Virus record (IMG/VR): IMGVR_UViG_3300044788_000002 | Location: 1-35,165 of that record | DNA: 35,165 nucleotides | Source: a virus | Lineage: Duplodnaviria; Caudoviricetes | Strand: one strand, 5' to 3' | In this document: one piece after another, positions 26,204-33,975 of the stretch | Layout: every line of letters starts with the position of its first letter | How positions within the stretch are numbered: position 1 is the first letter of the stretch | Notes under the pieces: generated by a model | Told to the model about the DNA's origin: nothing | The model's database searches: none | The model's input: only the letters and a program-made list of their open reading frames with translations | Position numbers and translations under genes: made by a program

Positions 26204-26423
26204 GGTACAGGGCCTTGCCCCTCACGTAGGCGTCCAACACGCAGTCGGAGCTGCAGTAGCATCCCAGGAGGAGGGCATGCTGCTTCTCGGCCGGTAGGGG
26301 AGTCTTCCACGTGATGTGGACGATGTTGCGCTGCACCTTCTTCGCCAGGTCGGCAGCACACTCACGACAGCGCTCAACCTTCCTCGGGCTCCTCACCCTC
26401 GGGTTCTGGTTCGAGTCCCCCAT
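26196..26423 (-). CDS. Small Cys-rich hypothetical protein
   Basis: CxxC...CYCSSDC; fills the gap after terS; start uncertain. Confidence 0.5.
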   Translation of the reverse strand: MGDSNQNPRVRSPRKVERCRECAADLAKKVQRNIVHITWKTPLPAEKQHALLLGCYCSSDCVLDAYVRGKALYHD

Positions 26424-27102
26424 TGACAGCCTCCCGCTCCAGGATGCGGCGCAGGTCCTCCCTTGACTCCGGGGCAAGCCTGTCGAGCCCCAGAGTGGGA
26501 GAGCCCTTCAACGTGGTCGTCTGCTCGACCTTCTGGATGGGCGTGTACTCCTTGTTGAACCGCCGCGCCTGTTCCAACAGGAGTCTGTCGCTGTACCGGG
26601 TGACCCATCCGACGATGCCGACACCCGATCCCGGTCCCTGAGAGCCGAAGACGGGCTCCTGGTAGCCATCGAGGCCCCGGCGCTTCATCTCCTTGGCGTA
26701 CAGCGAGGCATGCTGTCTGAATGCCTCGTCACGTGCCTCTCGGAACAGCGGATCACTGGCAAGATGGTCCCTGATCGTCGATCGAGATACCCCGACCTCT
26801 GCACTGGCCAGTGCCTCTTCTCCGCTCTCCCTCACCACACGCAGCCAATGATTCTTGCGGACTGGTCCGAACTTGGTCCCACGATGGCGATAGTCCCCCA
26901 CGGGGAAGTCACCACCGCCACCAGTCGGGTCTGTGCGCCCCACTGGAGCCGCCGAGGCAGCGTCGATCTTCTTCGACGCCAGAGGCTTCTTGGCCCTGGC
27001 CTTGATGTCCTTGGCGGTTCCAGGGACGAAGCCATTGGGAGTCAGGCCAGCTGCGACGTTCGCTGCCTTCTCGGAGTCGGTGAGTTTGCGGGGTCGTGCC
27101 AC
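26374..27102 (-). CDS. terS: Terminase small subunit
   Basis: 242 aa; HTH-like segment (ASAEVGVSRSTIRDHLASDPLF), RRG..G..EPVF and RYSDRLL motifs; first gene of the packaging operon. Confidence 0.75.
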   Translation of the reverse strand: MARPRKLTDSEKAANVAAGLTPNGFVPGTAKDIKARAKKPLASKKIDAASAAPVGRTDPTGGGGDFPVGDYRHRGTKFGPVRKNHWLRVVRESGEEALASAEVGVSRSTIRDHLASDPLFREARDEAFRQHASLYAKEMKRRGLDGYQEPVFGSQGPGSGVGIVGWVTRYSDRLLLEQARRFNKEYTPIQKVEQTTTLKGSPTLGLDRLAPESREDLRRILEREAVNGGLEPEPEGEEPEEG

Positions 27103-27108
27103 ACCCTC

Positions 27109-27137
27109 ATCCTAGCCTGCGCTCACTCCGGCGGGAA
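27109..27137 (-). promoter_or_regulatory. Possible leaderless promoter of terS
   Basis: TTCCCG-N17-TAGGAT, with 6 nt between the -10 box and the GTG start; weak -35. Confidence 0.5.
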
Positions 27138-27208
27138 GGCCAGACACATGGTTGCCCAGGGCAAGACGTTCGAGATCCGCGAACTGCGAATGGTTGACAT
27201 GGTGTTGG

Positions 27209-27495
27209 TGATCTTTGATCTTTGAAGTGGCAGAGTCAGGATCTCAAATTGAAGAGCACGTAACCACTTGCGGCGGTGGGGGTTCTTTGATTACTTCTAT
27301 CCCCTTCTATTATAGAAGGGGGTAGTAATAAGAATGGATCCAAGGCACCGGACCGCCCTCGGGCACGGGCGACTGAATCAGAGATCCAAGTTTGGAGTAA
27401 TTGAAGTTGAACTGACCTAACCTACATCACCCCAAAGGGTTAGTCCACGCTTTGATTTTGAAGCCATGCGACACAAAATCAAAGATCAAAGATCA
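27209..27495. repeat. Nested inverted-repeat element (candidate replication origin or packaging site)
   Basis: Perfect 17-bp inverted repeat at 27209-27225/27479-27495; central palindrome at 27301-27321; 11-bp hairpin at 27450-27460/27474-27484; AT-richer than its surroundings. Confidence 0.75.
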
Positions 27496-27555
27496 GACCT
27501 GCTGGTCCGGATCCACTAGCGCAGCAGGAATGGAGGTCAGCCGTTTGCAGGCCGG

Positions 27556-27585
27556 AAAAGTGGGGGCCTCAGCGCGCAGCCCCTA
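27556..27585 (-). terminator. Possible intrinsic terminator of the accessory operon
   Basis: GGGGCT...GGCCCC stem followed by CACTTTT, just after the stop at 27590. Confidence 0.4.
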
Positions 27586-27589
27586 GCCC

Positions 27590-27772
27590 TCACCTGTTCG
27601 ACTTGCGACTCGCCCTTGCCTGCTTGGCGCGCTTCTTCCTCACTGAGCGCTCGGCGCGGCTGATCGAAGAGGGACGCTGTCCCATCGGCCACCCCACTGC
27701 TCGGGTCGGGTTCCGCTTGGGAGTCAGTGCAGTAGCCAGACCAATCAGTGACATGATGTTGCGCAGCTTCAT
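27590..27772 (-). CDS. Small basic hypothetical protein
   Basis: 60 aa; starts 1 nt after the previous stop. Confidence 0.55.
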   Translation of the reverse strand: MKLRNIMSLIGLATALTPKRNPTRAVGWPMGQRPSSISRAERSVRKKRAKQARASRKSNR

Positions 27773-27773
27773 C

Positions 27774-28043
27774 TCAGTAGCCTCGGCAGTCCTTCAGGCG
27801 GTGCAGTCGGTCATCGCTCGTCTTGCAGATCGCACAAGGTGTGGATCGCAGCCAGGGAGGAGGCACATCGAATGCCTCGGCAGGGTGATAGAAGTCCGAG
27901 GTCATTGGGTAGTGCCTCAGAGCAGACCGAGCACGGTCCCTCAGAGCCTTCGGCACCCTCGGAGTCTTCCTCGGGTCGCACAGGTCGAGCAGCAGATCCC
28001 GACTCATCAGCACGGCCCTCGTCCTCTCGTCAGGCAGAGTCAT
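27774..28043 (-). CDS. BPSL0761-family protein
   Basis: MT.PDERTRAV...R..L..L......P.VP...R..A...LRHYP signature. Confidence 0.75.
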   Translation of the reverse strand: MTLPDERTRAVLMSRDLLLDLCDPRKTPRVPKALRDRARSALRHYPMTSDFYHPAEAFDVPPPWLRSTPCAICKTSDDRLHRLKDCRGY

Positions 28044-28144
28044 ACGTCACCATCCCAGTCTCGGACATCGAACGCCACCAGCATGAGGAACACCACAATG
28101 ATGCCCAAGGCCACGGCCACGATCACCTGGTCATTTGACATCAT
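28040..28144 (-). CDS. Small membrane peptide (34 aa)
   Basis: MMSNDQVIVAVALGIIVVFLMLVAFD...; ATGA overlaps at both ends. Confidence 0.6.
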   Translation of the reverse strand: MMSNDQVIVAVALGIIVVFLMLVAFDVRDWDGDV

Positions 28145-28434
28145 CCAGGTCCGTTCCGATCGTTGATCTGCCTCTTCAACTCCAGGAACCCGCGCGCGAG
28201 GGCAACCAGCCGCTCGTCTGGCATCGGGTCCCATCGCACGCTCTTGTCGATGTGATCCATGTTCTCCTTGTCGTAGAGCAGTGATCGATCGCGCGGCGCA
28301 TCGTAGTGCGCCCACTTGATTCCGTCTCTGCCGGCGGATCCACAGCTCAGAGCCTCGCCGCACACGCGGCACAGTGGTGGGGACGAGTGTTCCTGGATCA
28401 GCTCGCGTGCGAATGCTTCGAGGTCAATGTCCAT
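28141..28434 (-). CDS. Hypothetical protein with CxxC motif
   Basis: Likely start MDIDLEAF at 28434; contains CRVCG. Confidence 0.6.
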   Translation of the reverse strand: MDIDLEAFARELIQEHSSPPLCRVCGEALSCGSAGRDGIKWAHYDAPRDRSLLYDKENMDHIDKSVRWDPMPDERLVALARGFLELKRQINDRNGPG

Positions 28435-28840
28435 GATCAGTCTTCCCGGAGCCGGCATTTACGGCGCGAGCCCAAGGCTCCAATCGAGGAGCCGCAGGTA
28501 GCTTCAGACGATCACTGATGCGTCGGGTCGAGAACAGCCAGCCGTGACGCACATCTGCAAAGCGCAGGCTGTCGTACCCGAACTCCTTGAGGGCCTTGTC
28601 CACTTCTCTGAGTCCTTCTCCCACGTCGGAGACCATATCCTGCCTCATCATCTCATTTTCCGCGATCAGCTTCAGCTTGCTGTCGAACAACTCCTGTCGG
28701 CTCTCCCGCTCCACGCGGATCGTCTCGCGCAGGGCCTTGACCTCGTTCTGCAGCTCAGCGACTTCCTTGGCAGCGGCCGTTGAGTCGAGATGGCGGAACG
28801 CGCAAGCAGCGAACAGGATGTCCAGATCGGGGGTGTCCAT
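28424..28840 (-). CDS. Hypothetical coiled-coil protein
   Basis: 138 aa; GGAGG Shine-Dalgarno. Confidence 0.65.
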   Translation of the reverse strand: MDTPDLDILFAACAFRHLDSTAAAKEVAELQNEVKALRETIRVERESRQELFDSKLKLIAENEMMRQDMVSDVGEGLREVDKALKEFGYDSLRFADVRHGWLFSTRRISDRLKLPAAPRLEPWARAVNAGSGKTDHGH

Positions 28841-28842
28841 AG

Positions 28843-29565
28843 TCAGTCCTCCTTGGGCAAGCTACGCCATTCCTGAAGGGCCTTGATCCCCTCGGTGTCG
28901 TACGCCATGAGGTGTTCCTGAACGAGTCGAGCGATGCCGGAGTCCAGCGACATGCTCGTCAGTCCATCGCCCTCGAACTCCTTGGGCTGGATCAAGTACG
29001 CAGTCTCCAGCTCACAGATCCGCTCGATCAACCGGCGGTAGGAGTGCCTCCACTTGTCCCGCTCGGCCATTGCCTCTCCAGCCAGGGCCTTCTCGATTTT
29101 GTACTGGCTCAGGTAGCGGAATCGCTCGCGCGCACCCTCGGACTGCTTGTCTAGGCCCTCGTTCAGGATGCACACACGGAGCTGGCCCTCCACGCCTGCC
29201 TCTCGGCTGTCGAGGAACAGCTTGGACTCGTTCCAGAGCGAGCCGGAGCCGATGCCGGTCTCCAGGCACATATACATCACAGCATCCTCGACCTCATGCG
29301 GTGCCGTGTCGATGCGGATGGATCCAATGGTCAGCTGTCGGACTCGATAGCTGTGGTCGCGCTGGCTGAGGCACGTCCTCCCTGAGCACCTCGGACACTC
29401 CACATCCACCGAGGTCCCGGCCAGACTTGTCGCGGTCCACTTGCCGGTCTCGCGGCAGTCAGGACACGGCTTCCTCTCCTGGGAGTCGATGATCTCCCAC
29501 GCGAAGACCACATCACCTATGGCATGCTTGGGAGTCGGGAGGGTTGAGAATCGGGTGCTAGTCAT
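28843..29565 (-). CDS. Hypothetical protein with DnaJ-like zinc-finger motifs
   Basis: 240 aa; CPDC..TG and CPRCSG. Confidence 0.7.
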   Translation of the reverse strand: MTSTRFSTLPTPKHAIGDVVFAWEIIDSQERKPCPDCRETGKWTATSLAGTSVDVECPRCSGRTCLSQRDHSYRVRQLTIGSIRIDTAPHEVEDAVMYMCLETGIGSGSLWNESKLFLDSREAGVEGQLRVCILNEGLDKQSEGARERFRYLSQYKIEKALAGEAMAERDKWRHSYRRLIERICELETAYLIQPKEFEGDGLTSMSLDSGIARLVQEHLMAYDTEGIKALQEWRSLPKED

Positions 29566-30325
29566 GTTTGAATCGGTGTTCGAGGTACTCGTGAGGAGTC
29601 ATGCTCCTCGGTCTGTGGATCTGTTCCTTGTCAGTCACCGCGATCGTCTTGCCACAGTCTGAACAGCGGAACGTGTTCTTGTAGTCGAGCGAGTTGCGCC
29701 AGCCAATCTTGGTCACATGAGCACACTTGCGCTGCTCGCGGAGTCGGTCCTCATCAGTCAAAGGCTCGACCTGGATGAGCCCATCCCCCTCAGCAACCCC
29801 GGGGATCGTCTTCAGCTTCACGCGCTCGTCGCGCCACGGTGTCGCTCGGCACGGCTTCGGATCGACCAACCCGCAGTGACGGCAGCGGGCGTGGACCCCA
29901 TGTGACCTCACCACTTCATCGTTCATGTCGTGGAACTTGCCATCAGGACATTCCAACAGCCTTCGAGCAGCGTCCGCCATTGCGTAGTCGATGGCTTGCT
30001 GCTTCTCGGCCGGGGTCATCGGGCTCCCATTCTTGGTCATCGTGCCATCCGGATGCGCCACCACCACATCAACCTCGCTCTGGACGAGGTAGCCACTCTT
30101 GCTCACCCTCTTCTCATCCACCTCGACGGGCACAGCACCGAACTCGTCCCCGTACAGGCCCATGGTCAGGTCACCGACCTCGACCACGTAGGACTTGCTA
30201 GGCTCGACGGCAACCTTGCCCAGCTCGCGCGCCATGATGGAACGCAGAACCGCACGGGCATCACCCGGCGCGGTCCCTTGCTCCAGGATGCGCTTCCCCT
30301 GCCGGATCTTCCAGGTGGTGCCCAT
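29558..30325 (-). CDS. Hypothetical protein with Cys/His zinc-ribbon motifs
   Basis: 255 aa; C...H...CRHCG and CAH...CSDCG. Confidence 0.7.
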   Translation of the reverse strand: MGTTWKIRQGKRILEQGTAPGDARAVLRSIMARELGKVAVEPSKSYVVEVGDLTMGLYGDEFGAVPVEVDEKRVSKSGYLVQSEVDVVVAHPDGTMTKNGSPMTPAEKQQAIDYAMADAARRLLECPDGKFHDMNDEVVRSHGVHARCRHCGLVDPKPCRATPWRDERVKLKTIPGVAEGDGLIQVEPLTDEDRLREQRKCAHVTKIGWRNSLDYKNTFRCSDCGKTIAVTDKEQIHRPRSMTPHEYLEHRFKHD

Positions 30326-30338
30326 GACGGATCAGAGA

Positions 30339-30737
30339 TCAGAAGGGAGTGTCCCCGTCCGCACTCGTTCCGGGAGCAGGGACAGTACCGTCACGTGGAG
30401 CACCACGAGGCACAAACTGCCACTCATCCGCGTCCACCTTCATCTTGGACCTGGACTCCTTCGTCTCGCGGTCCTCCCACTTGTCGAGGCGCAGCTTGCC
30501 CTCGATGAATGCCTCATCACCCTTCTTGTGATGGCGCGCGAAGGACTCGCCCCTGCGGCCCCACAGGGCCACGTCGAGGAACACGGGTTCACCGTCCACC
30601 CACTTGTCGCCTTCCTTGTACCTGGTGTTCTGGGCCAGCGTGATGTTGCAGACGGGAGTGCCGTTGCTGATCGTTCGCAGGTCGGGGTCCCTTACCAGGC
30701 GCCCAGTGAAGAAGACCTTGTTGACGTGCATGCTCAT
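30339..30737 (-). CDS. ssb: Single-stranded DNA-binding protein
   Basis: NKVFFTGRLVRDPDLR...F.DV.LWG...KG....IEG.L...W; acidic C-terminus DGDTPF. Confidence 0.95.
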   Translation of the reverse strand: MSMHVNKVFFTGRLVRDPDLRTISNGTPVCNITLAQNTRYKEGDKWVDGEPVFLDVALWGRRGESFARHHKKGDEAFIEGKLRLDKWEDRETKESRSKMKVDADEWQFVPRGAPRDGTVPAPGTSADGDTPF

Positions 30738-31096
30738 CGGAGAAGTGCTCCGTTGGTCACCACAGCGCGGTCGCGGACCTTCTCCAGGATCACCACGGTG
30801 ACGTTGGTCTGGGGGAGGATCTGCTCCCCGGGGTAGAGGATTCGCATGATCCAGATCAGACCGGAGAAGGTCCGCGCCAGGGGATCGTGCATGATCTCGG
30901 TCAGGCTCGCAGGCACCAGGGCCAGATCACCGTTCCAGAAGTCTCGGACCACGGCGATGCCGTGTGAGTTGCTGTTCAGGTCCACCATCTCGACCTCATC
31001 GCCCTGCTTCGCCTTCAACGTCCAGCCTCGACCGAGGCGGACCGTGGCGAACCGGCCATGGAGGTTCGCGGGTGCATTGAACTTGATCTGCTTCAT
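30734..31096 (-). CDS. Hypothetical protein, possible ASCH/PUA-like fold
   Basis: Start at ATG 31096 (ATGA overlap); T.R.G..W....GD.V....G.A.V and YP.....VTVV pattern. Confidence 0.5.
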   Translation of the reverse strand: MKQIKFNAPANLHGRFATVRLGRGWTLKAKQGDEVEMVDLNSNSHGIAVVRDFWNGDLALVPASLTEIMHDPLARTFSGLIWIMRILYPGEQILPQTNVTVVILEKVRDRAVVTNGALLR

Positions 31097-31335
31097 CGGG
31101 TCGGAGCCTGCCTTCCCGAGTGCGGCCGAGGGCCACACGCAGGGTCTTCTCCAACAACCACGTAGGTGCCGGAGGGTAAGTGGGACACACCGTTCACAAT
31201 GCGGTGGTGGAACTTGCCGTCAGAGTCCACGTAGACCACGTGGTCCGCCGGGTGGAGGTCCACCACCGCGTCGAAGGTCAGCTCTCCCAGAGGAGAGAAC
31301 TCGACCTGCCCGAGCCATCGCGGGAGTCGCCTCAC
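31093..31335 (-). CDS. Hypothetical protein (80 aa)
   Basis: GTG at 31335 overlaps the previous stop; its stop overlaps the next ATG. Confidence 0.55.
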   Translation of the reverse strand: MRRLPRWLGQVEFSPLGELTFDAVVDLHPADHVVYVDSDGKFHHRIVNGVSHLPSGTYVVVGEDPACGPRPHSGRQAPTR

Positions 31336-31634
31336 GCGGCTTCGCCTCCTGCGATCACCTTGGCGCCGAAGAACAGGCTGCCCTGAATCACCCCGATGAT
31401 CCGCGCATCGGCCGCGTCGGCATCCCTCACGGCGGCCAGGCCAGCGGCCATCGCCACGTTGTCGCGTGCCGCGATCACAGCACGGCCGTACCCTGGCTCG
31501 CCGGCACTCAAGGCCAGCATCGCCATCTGCTCGGCAGCCTTCGCGCGCACCTTGTCTAGGTCCGCGCCCAAGTCCCTGCCGGTCTCCGCCAGGCTCGCCT
31601 TGAGCGAGTCCATGAAGTCGTCTGTCGTGTTCAT
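31332..31634 (-). CDS. Hypothetical Ala-rich helical protein
   Basis: 100 aa from ATG 31634 (ATGA overlap with the lipoprotein gene). Confidence 0.65.
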   Translation of the reverse strand: MNTTDDFMDSLKASLAETGRDLGADLDKVRAKAAEQMAMLALSAGEPGYGRAVIAARDNVAMAAGLAAVRDADAADARIIGVIQGSLFFGAKVIAGGEAA

Positions 31635-32119
31635 CGTCCACATTCCAGTGCTGCGAGCAACCGGCGCTCGGCCGGGCTCTTGATGTAGGGATTCACTCGT
31701 TCACGCTGCGCCACGGGCAAGGTCACCTGCCCCTGGAGGACCATCATCACGGCCGAAAAGTTGGCGATGCGTTGCATGAGGATGTTCGCACCGTTCGGGC
31801 CGATTTCTCCAGCAGCCAAGGCAGCCGAGACTCCGCGCACAGCCCAGGGTTGCATCTGAGTGGACCAGGGAATGCCTGCAAGCGCGATGCGGTCACCGCT
31901 CTCCAGGTCGTTGGTCAGCTCGTCAGCGAACCCTCGGAGGGCAACTGCTCCGGTCTCGTTCAGCTCTCCCTTGGCGATGCCGTCAGCCAGGCCACGGTCG
32001 AAGTCCACACGGACGTTCGGCCACACCTGTTGGGCCACGGGATTGAGCGTCAGCTCGCGGGCTTTGTTGCCCACGCAGGACGCCAGGAACAGGGTCAGGA
32101 CACACAGGAGGTTCTTCAT
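31631..32119 (-). CDS. Putative lipoprotein
   Basis: Start moved to ATG 32119: MKNLLCVLTLFLAS-C (lipobox LASC). Confidence 0.7.
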   Translation of the reverse strand: MKNLLCVLTLFLASCVGNKARELTLNPVAQQVWPNVRVDFDRGLADGIAKGELNETGAVALRGFADELTNDLESGDRIALAGIPWSTQMQPWAVRGVSAALAAGEIGPNGANILMQRIANFSAVMMVLQGQVTLPVAQRERVNPYIKSPAERRLLAALECGR

Positions 32120-32219
32120 TGAGCTTCTCACTTTCGGGTCAGGAGCCAGACCAGGCCACCGATAGCTGCCCAGGGCAGCACGATCGCGGAAAGCCAGAAC
32201 AAGCAGTGGCCCCATCGGA

Positions 32220-32822
32220 CTAGGCTGGGGTCGATGAGCCCAGGACTTCGGGTAGGACATCCCTGACCACCTTGGTCAGGTTCTCGACACTGTCCCCGGG
32301 GTTGGTGATGAAGACCATCCTGGCACCCTCGGCCTCCAGGTTGATCGGTTCTCGGTTGTCGTTCCATGACACTCCCTCTCGATGGAGTCTGATCAGGGTC
32401 ACTCGGTCGGCACCCCATGCTCTGACGAGCGGGAGGCACTGCTCCTTTTGGCCAGCATCGGACACGATGGCGTTGGTGAGACGGCTCCAGATCGGAGTCA
32501 CACGCAACATCCTCGCGGAGCGCTCCTCGCGGTCGATCAGCAGGCGACCGAGCACCTCGGCGCCATGGACGGGCTTCAGGTAGCGCTCATGGAACTCGAT
32601 GTAGGCTCTCCGGGGGCTGATCCCCAGGAACTCAGGCAAGGGTGAGTCCTTCCAATGCTCGAAGTAGTCGTGCGCCATGTCGAGCCGGTACAGCCTGTGG
32701 CAGCGCTCCTTCAGCTCGCGTGCCAGCTTGATGTGTACTCCGCCCGCCAGGTCCATGAGTACCCGAGCCAGAGTGTCCTTCCCCGATCGCGGGGCACCGT
32801 TGATGAGGTACAGCATGCTCAT
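32220..32822 (-). CDS. Deoxynucleoside monophosphate kinase (T4 gp1-like)
   Basis: Start ATG 32822; P-loop LINGAPRSGKDT; KD.P...LG.SPR; IVSD.G. Confidence 0.8.
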   Translation of the reverse strand: MSMLYLINGAPRSGKDTLARVLMDLAGGVHIKLARELKERCHRLYRLDMAHDYFEHWKDSPLPEFLGISPRRAYIEFHERYLKPVHGAEVLGRLLIDREERSARMLRVTPIWSRLTNAIVSDAGQKEQCLPLVRAWGADRVTLIRLHREGVSWNDNREPINLEAEGARMVFITNPGDSVENLTKVVRDVLPEVLGSSTPA

Positions 32823-32827
32823 CTGAC

Positions 32828-33490
32828 CTACTTTGGCGCTACCACGTTCCCGTGCGCCACAGTCCCCTTCTTGATCTTCGCATGAATTTGGCATTCGATC
32901 TCAGTTGGCATTCGGCAGTTGATCAGGCCTGCGAAGATCCGAAGCGGAGTTGAGATCCATTTTGCGAATATGCCCCAACCGGCCTCGATGCCCCAACCGG
33001 CCTTGATGCCCGAACCGGCCTCGATGCCCGAACCGGCCTTGATGCCCCAACCGGCCTTGATGCCCTCACCGGCCTCGATGCCCTCACCGGCCTCGATGCA
33101 CTCACCGGCCTCGATGCCCGAACCGGCCTCGATGCCCTCACCGGCCTCGATGCCCCAACCGGCCTTGATGCCCGAACCGGCCTTGATGCCCGAACCGGCC
33201 TCGATGCCCCAACCGGCCTCGATGCCCTCACCGGCCTCGATGCCCCAACCGGCCTTGATGCCCCAACCGGCCTTGATGCCCGAACCGGCCTTGATGCCCT
33301 CACCGGCCTCGATGCCCGAACCGGCACCAGCCGTGATTTGTCCAGTAACACGGATTGAGCCTTTGATTGAGACGAATCCCAATCCATTCTCGATCTCCAA
33401 GTGTCCATCGAAGTCGATGGACACTTTGGCTAGATATTTGCCCTGGGCATCGAGATCTGACCGAGTGATCTTGAGAGTTTCCATGCTCAT
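32828..33490 (-). CDS. Hexapeptide-repeat protein (predicted beta-solenoid)
   Basis: Start ATG 33490 (ATGA overlap), 220 aa; 20 repeats of G[S/W/E]GI[E/K]A. Confidence 0.8.
   Translation of the reverse strand: MSMETLKITRSDLDAQGKYLAKVSIDFDGHLEIENGLGFVSIKGSIRVTGQITAGAGSGIEAGEGIKAGSGIKAGWGIKAGWGIEAGEGIEAGWGIEAGSGIKAGSGIKAGWGIEAGEGIEAGSGIEAGECIEAGEGIEAGEGIKAGWGIKAGSGIEAGSGIKAGWGIEAGWGIFAKWISTPLRIFAGLINCRMPTEIECQIHAKIKKGTVAHGNVVAPK
32963..33322 (-). repeat. 20 x 18-bp coding tandem repeat
   Basis: Unit GGT(TCG/TGG/GAG)GGCATC(GAG/AAG)GCC. Confidence 0.95.
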
Positions 33491-33975
33491 GACGGCTTCA
33501 CTTCCCTCTCCTCCTCGTCGAACCACGTCACCATGATCGCGGGCCTCACCCACCCCTCGGGCTTCAGAGGCTTGCCGCCAGCGGGGTTCGGAACCTTCGC
33601 CATGTTCGATGACTGGACAGTTGCCCAGAAGGGGGCAAGTCGGACACCACACACGACGAGGGTTCCCAAGACCACATAGATCAGATCCACTGCTTCCTGG
33701 ATGACGTGTGAGAGGTCGCGCGACTCTATCGCGGCGCACAGCTCGTCGCACTCCTCGCGGATCAGCTTGATTCTGAAGTCCATCACGGCCTTCTTCGGCA
33801 TGACGGGCAATGCGGGGGCAGGGTGTCCGAATCGTCGGTGGAAGTCTGCCACATCCTCGTCGATCGGGCGCTCCAGCTTCCCGGCCTCGCGCGCAGCTTC
33901 TTCGAGGAGGGCAGCGTGTCTGTGGTTCGGGACAGACTTGGAGAGATGGCGTAGGGCCTCTGATAGGAGATTCAT
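33487..33975 (-). CDS. MazG-like nucleoside triphosphate pyrophosphohydrolase (DR2231 / PRA-PH type)
   Basis: V.DFH..FG...R..LI.EE..EL...E..DLIYV..G...V..SNM.K....GK.LKP.GW..P. Confidence 0.88.
   Translation of the reverse strand: MNLLSEALRHLSKSVPNHRHAALLEEAAREAGKLERPIDEDVADFHRRFGHPAPALPVMPKKAVMDFRIKLIREECDELCAAIESRDLSHVIQEAVDLIYVVLGTLVVCGVRLAPFWATVQSSNMAKVPNPAGGKPLKPEGWVRPAIMVTWFDEEEREVKPS

Noticed and set aside
32963-33322. 18-bp array as a CRISPR array, or as the plus-strand MPxPAS / minus-strand ASRPV repeat proteins
   Set aside because: No unique spacers and no cas genes; the units are contiguous and in frame within the GxGIxA protein; the other frames are by-products.
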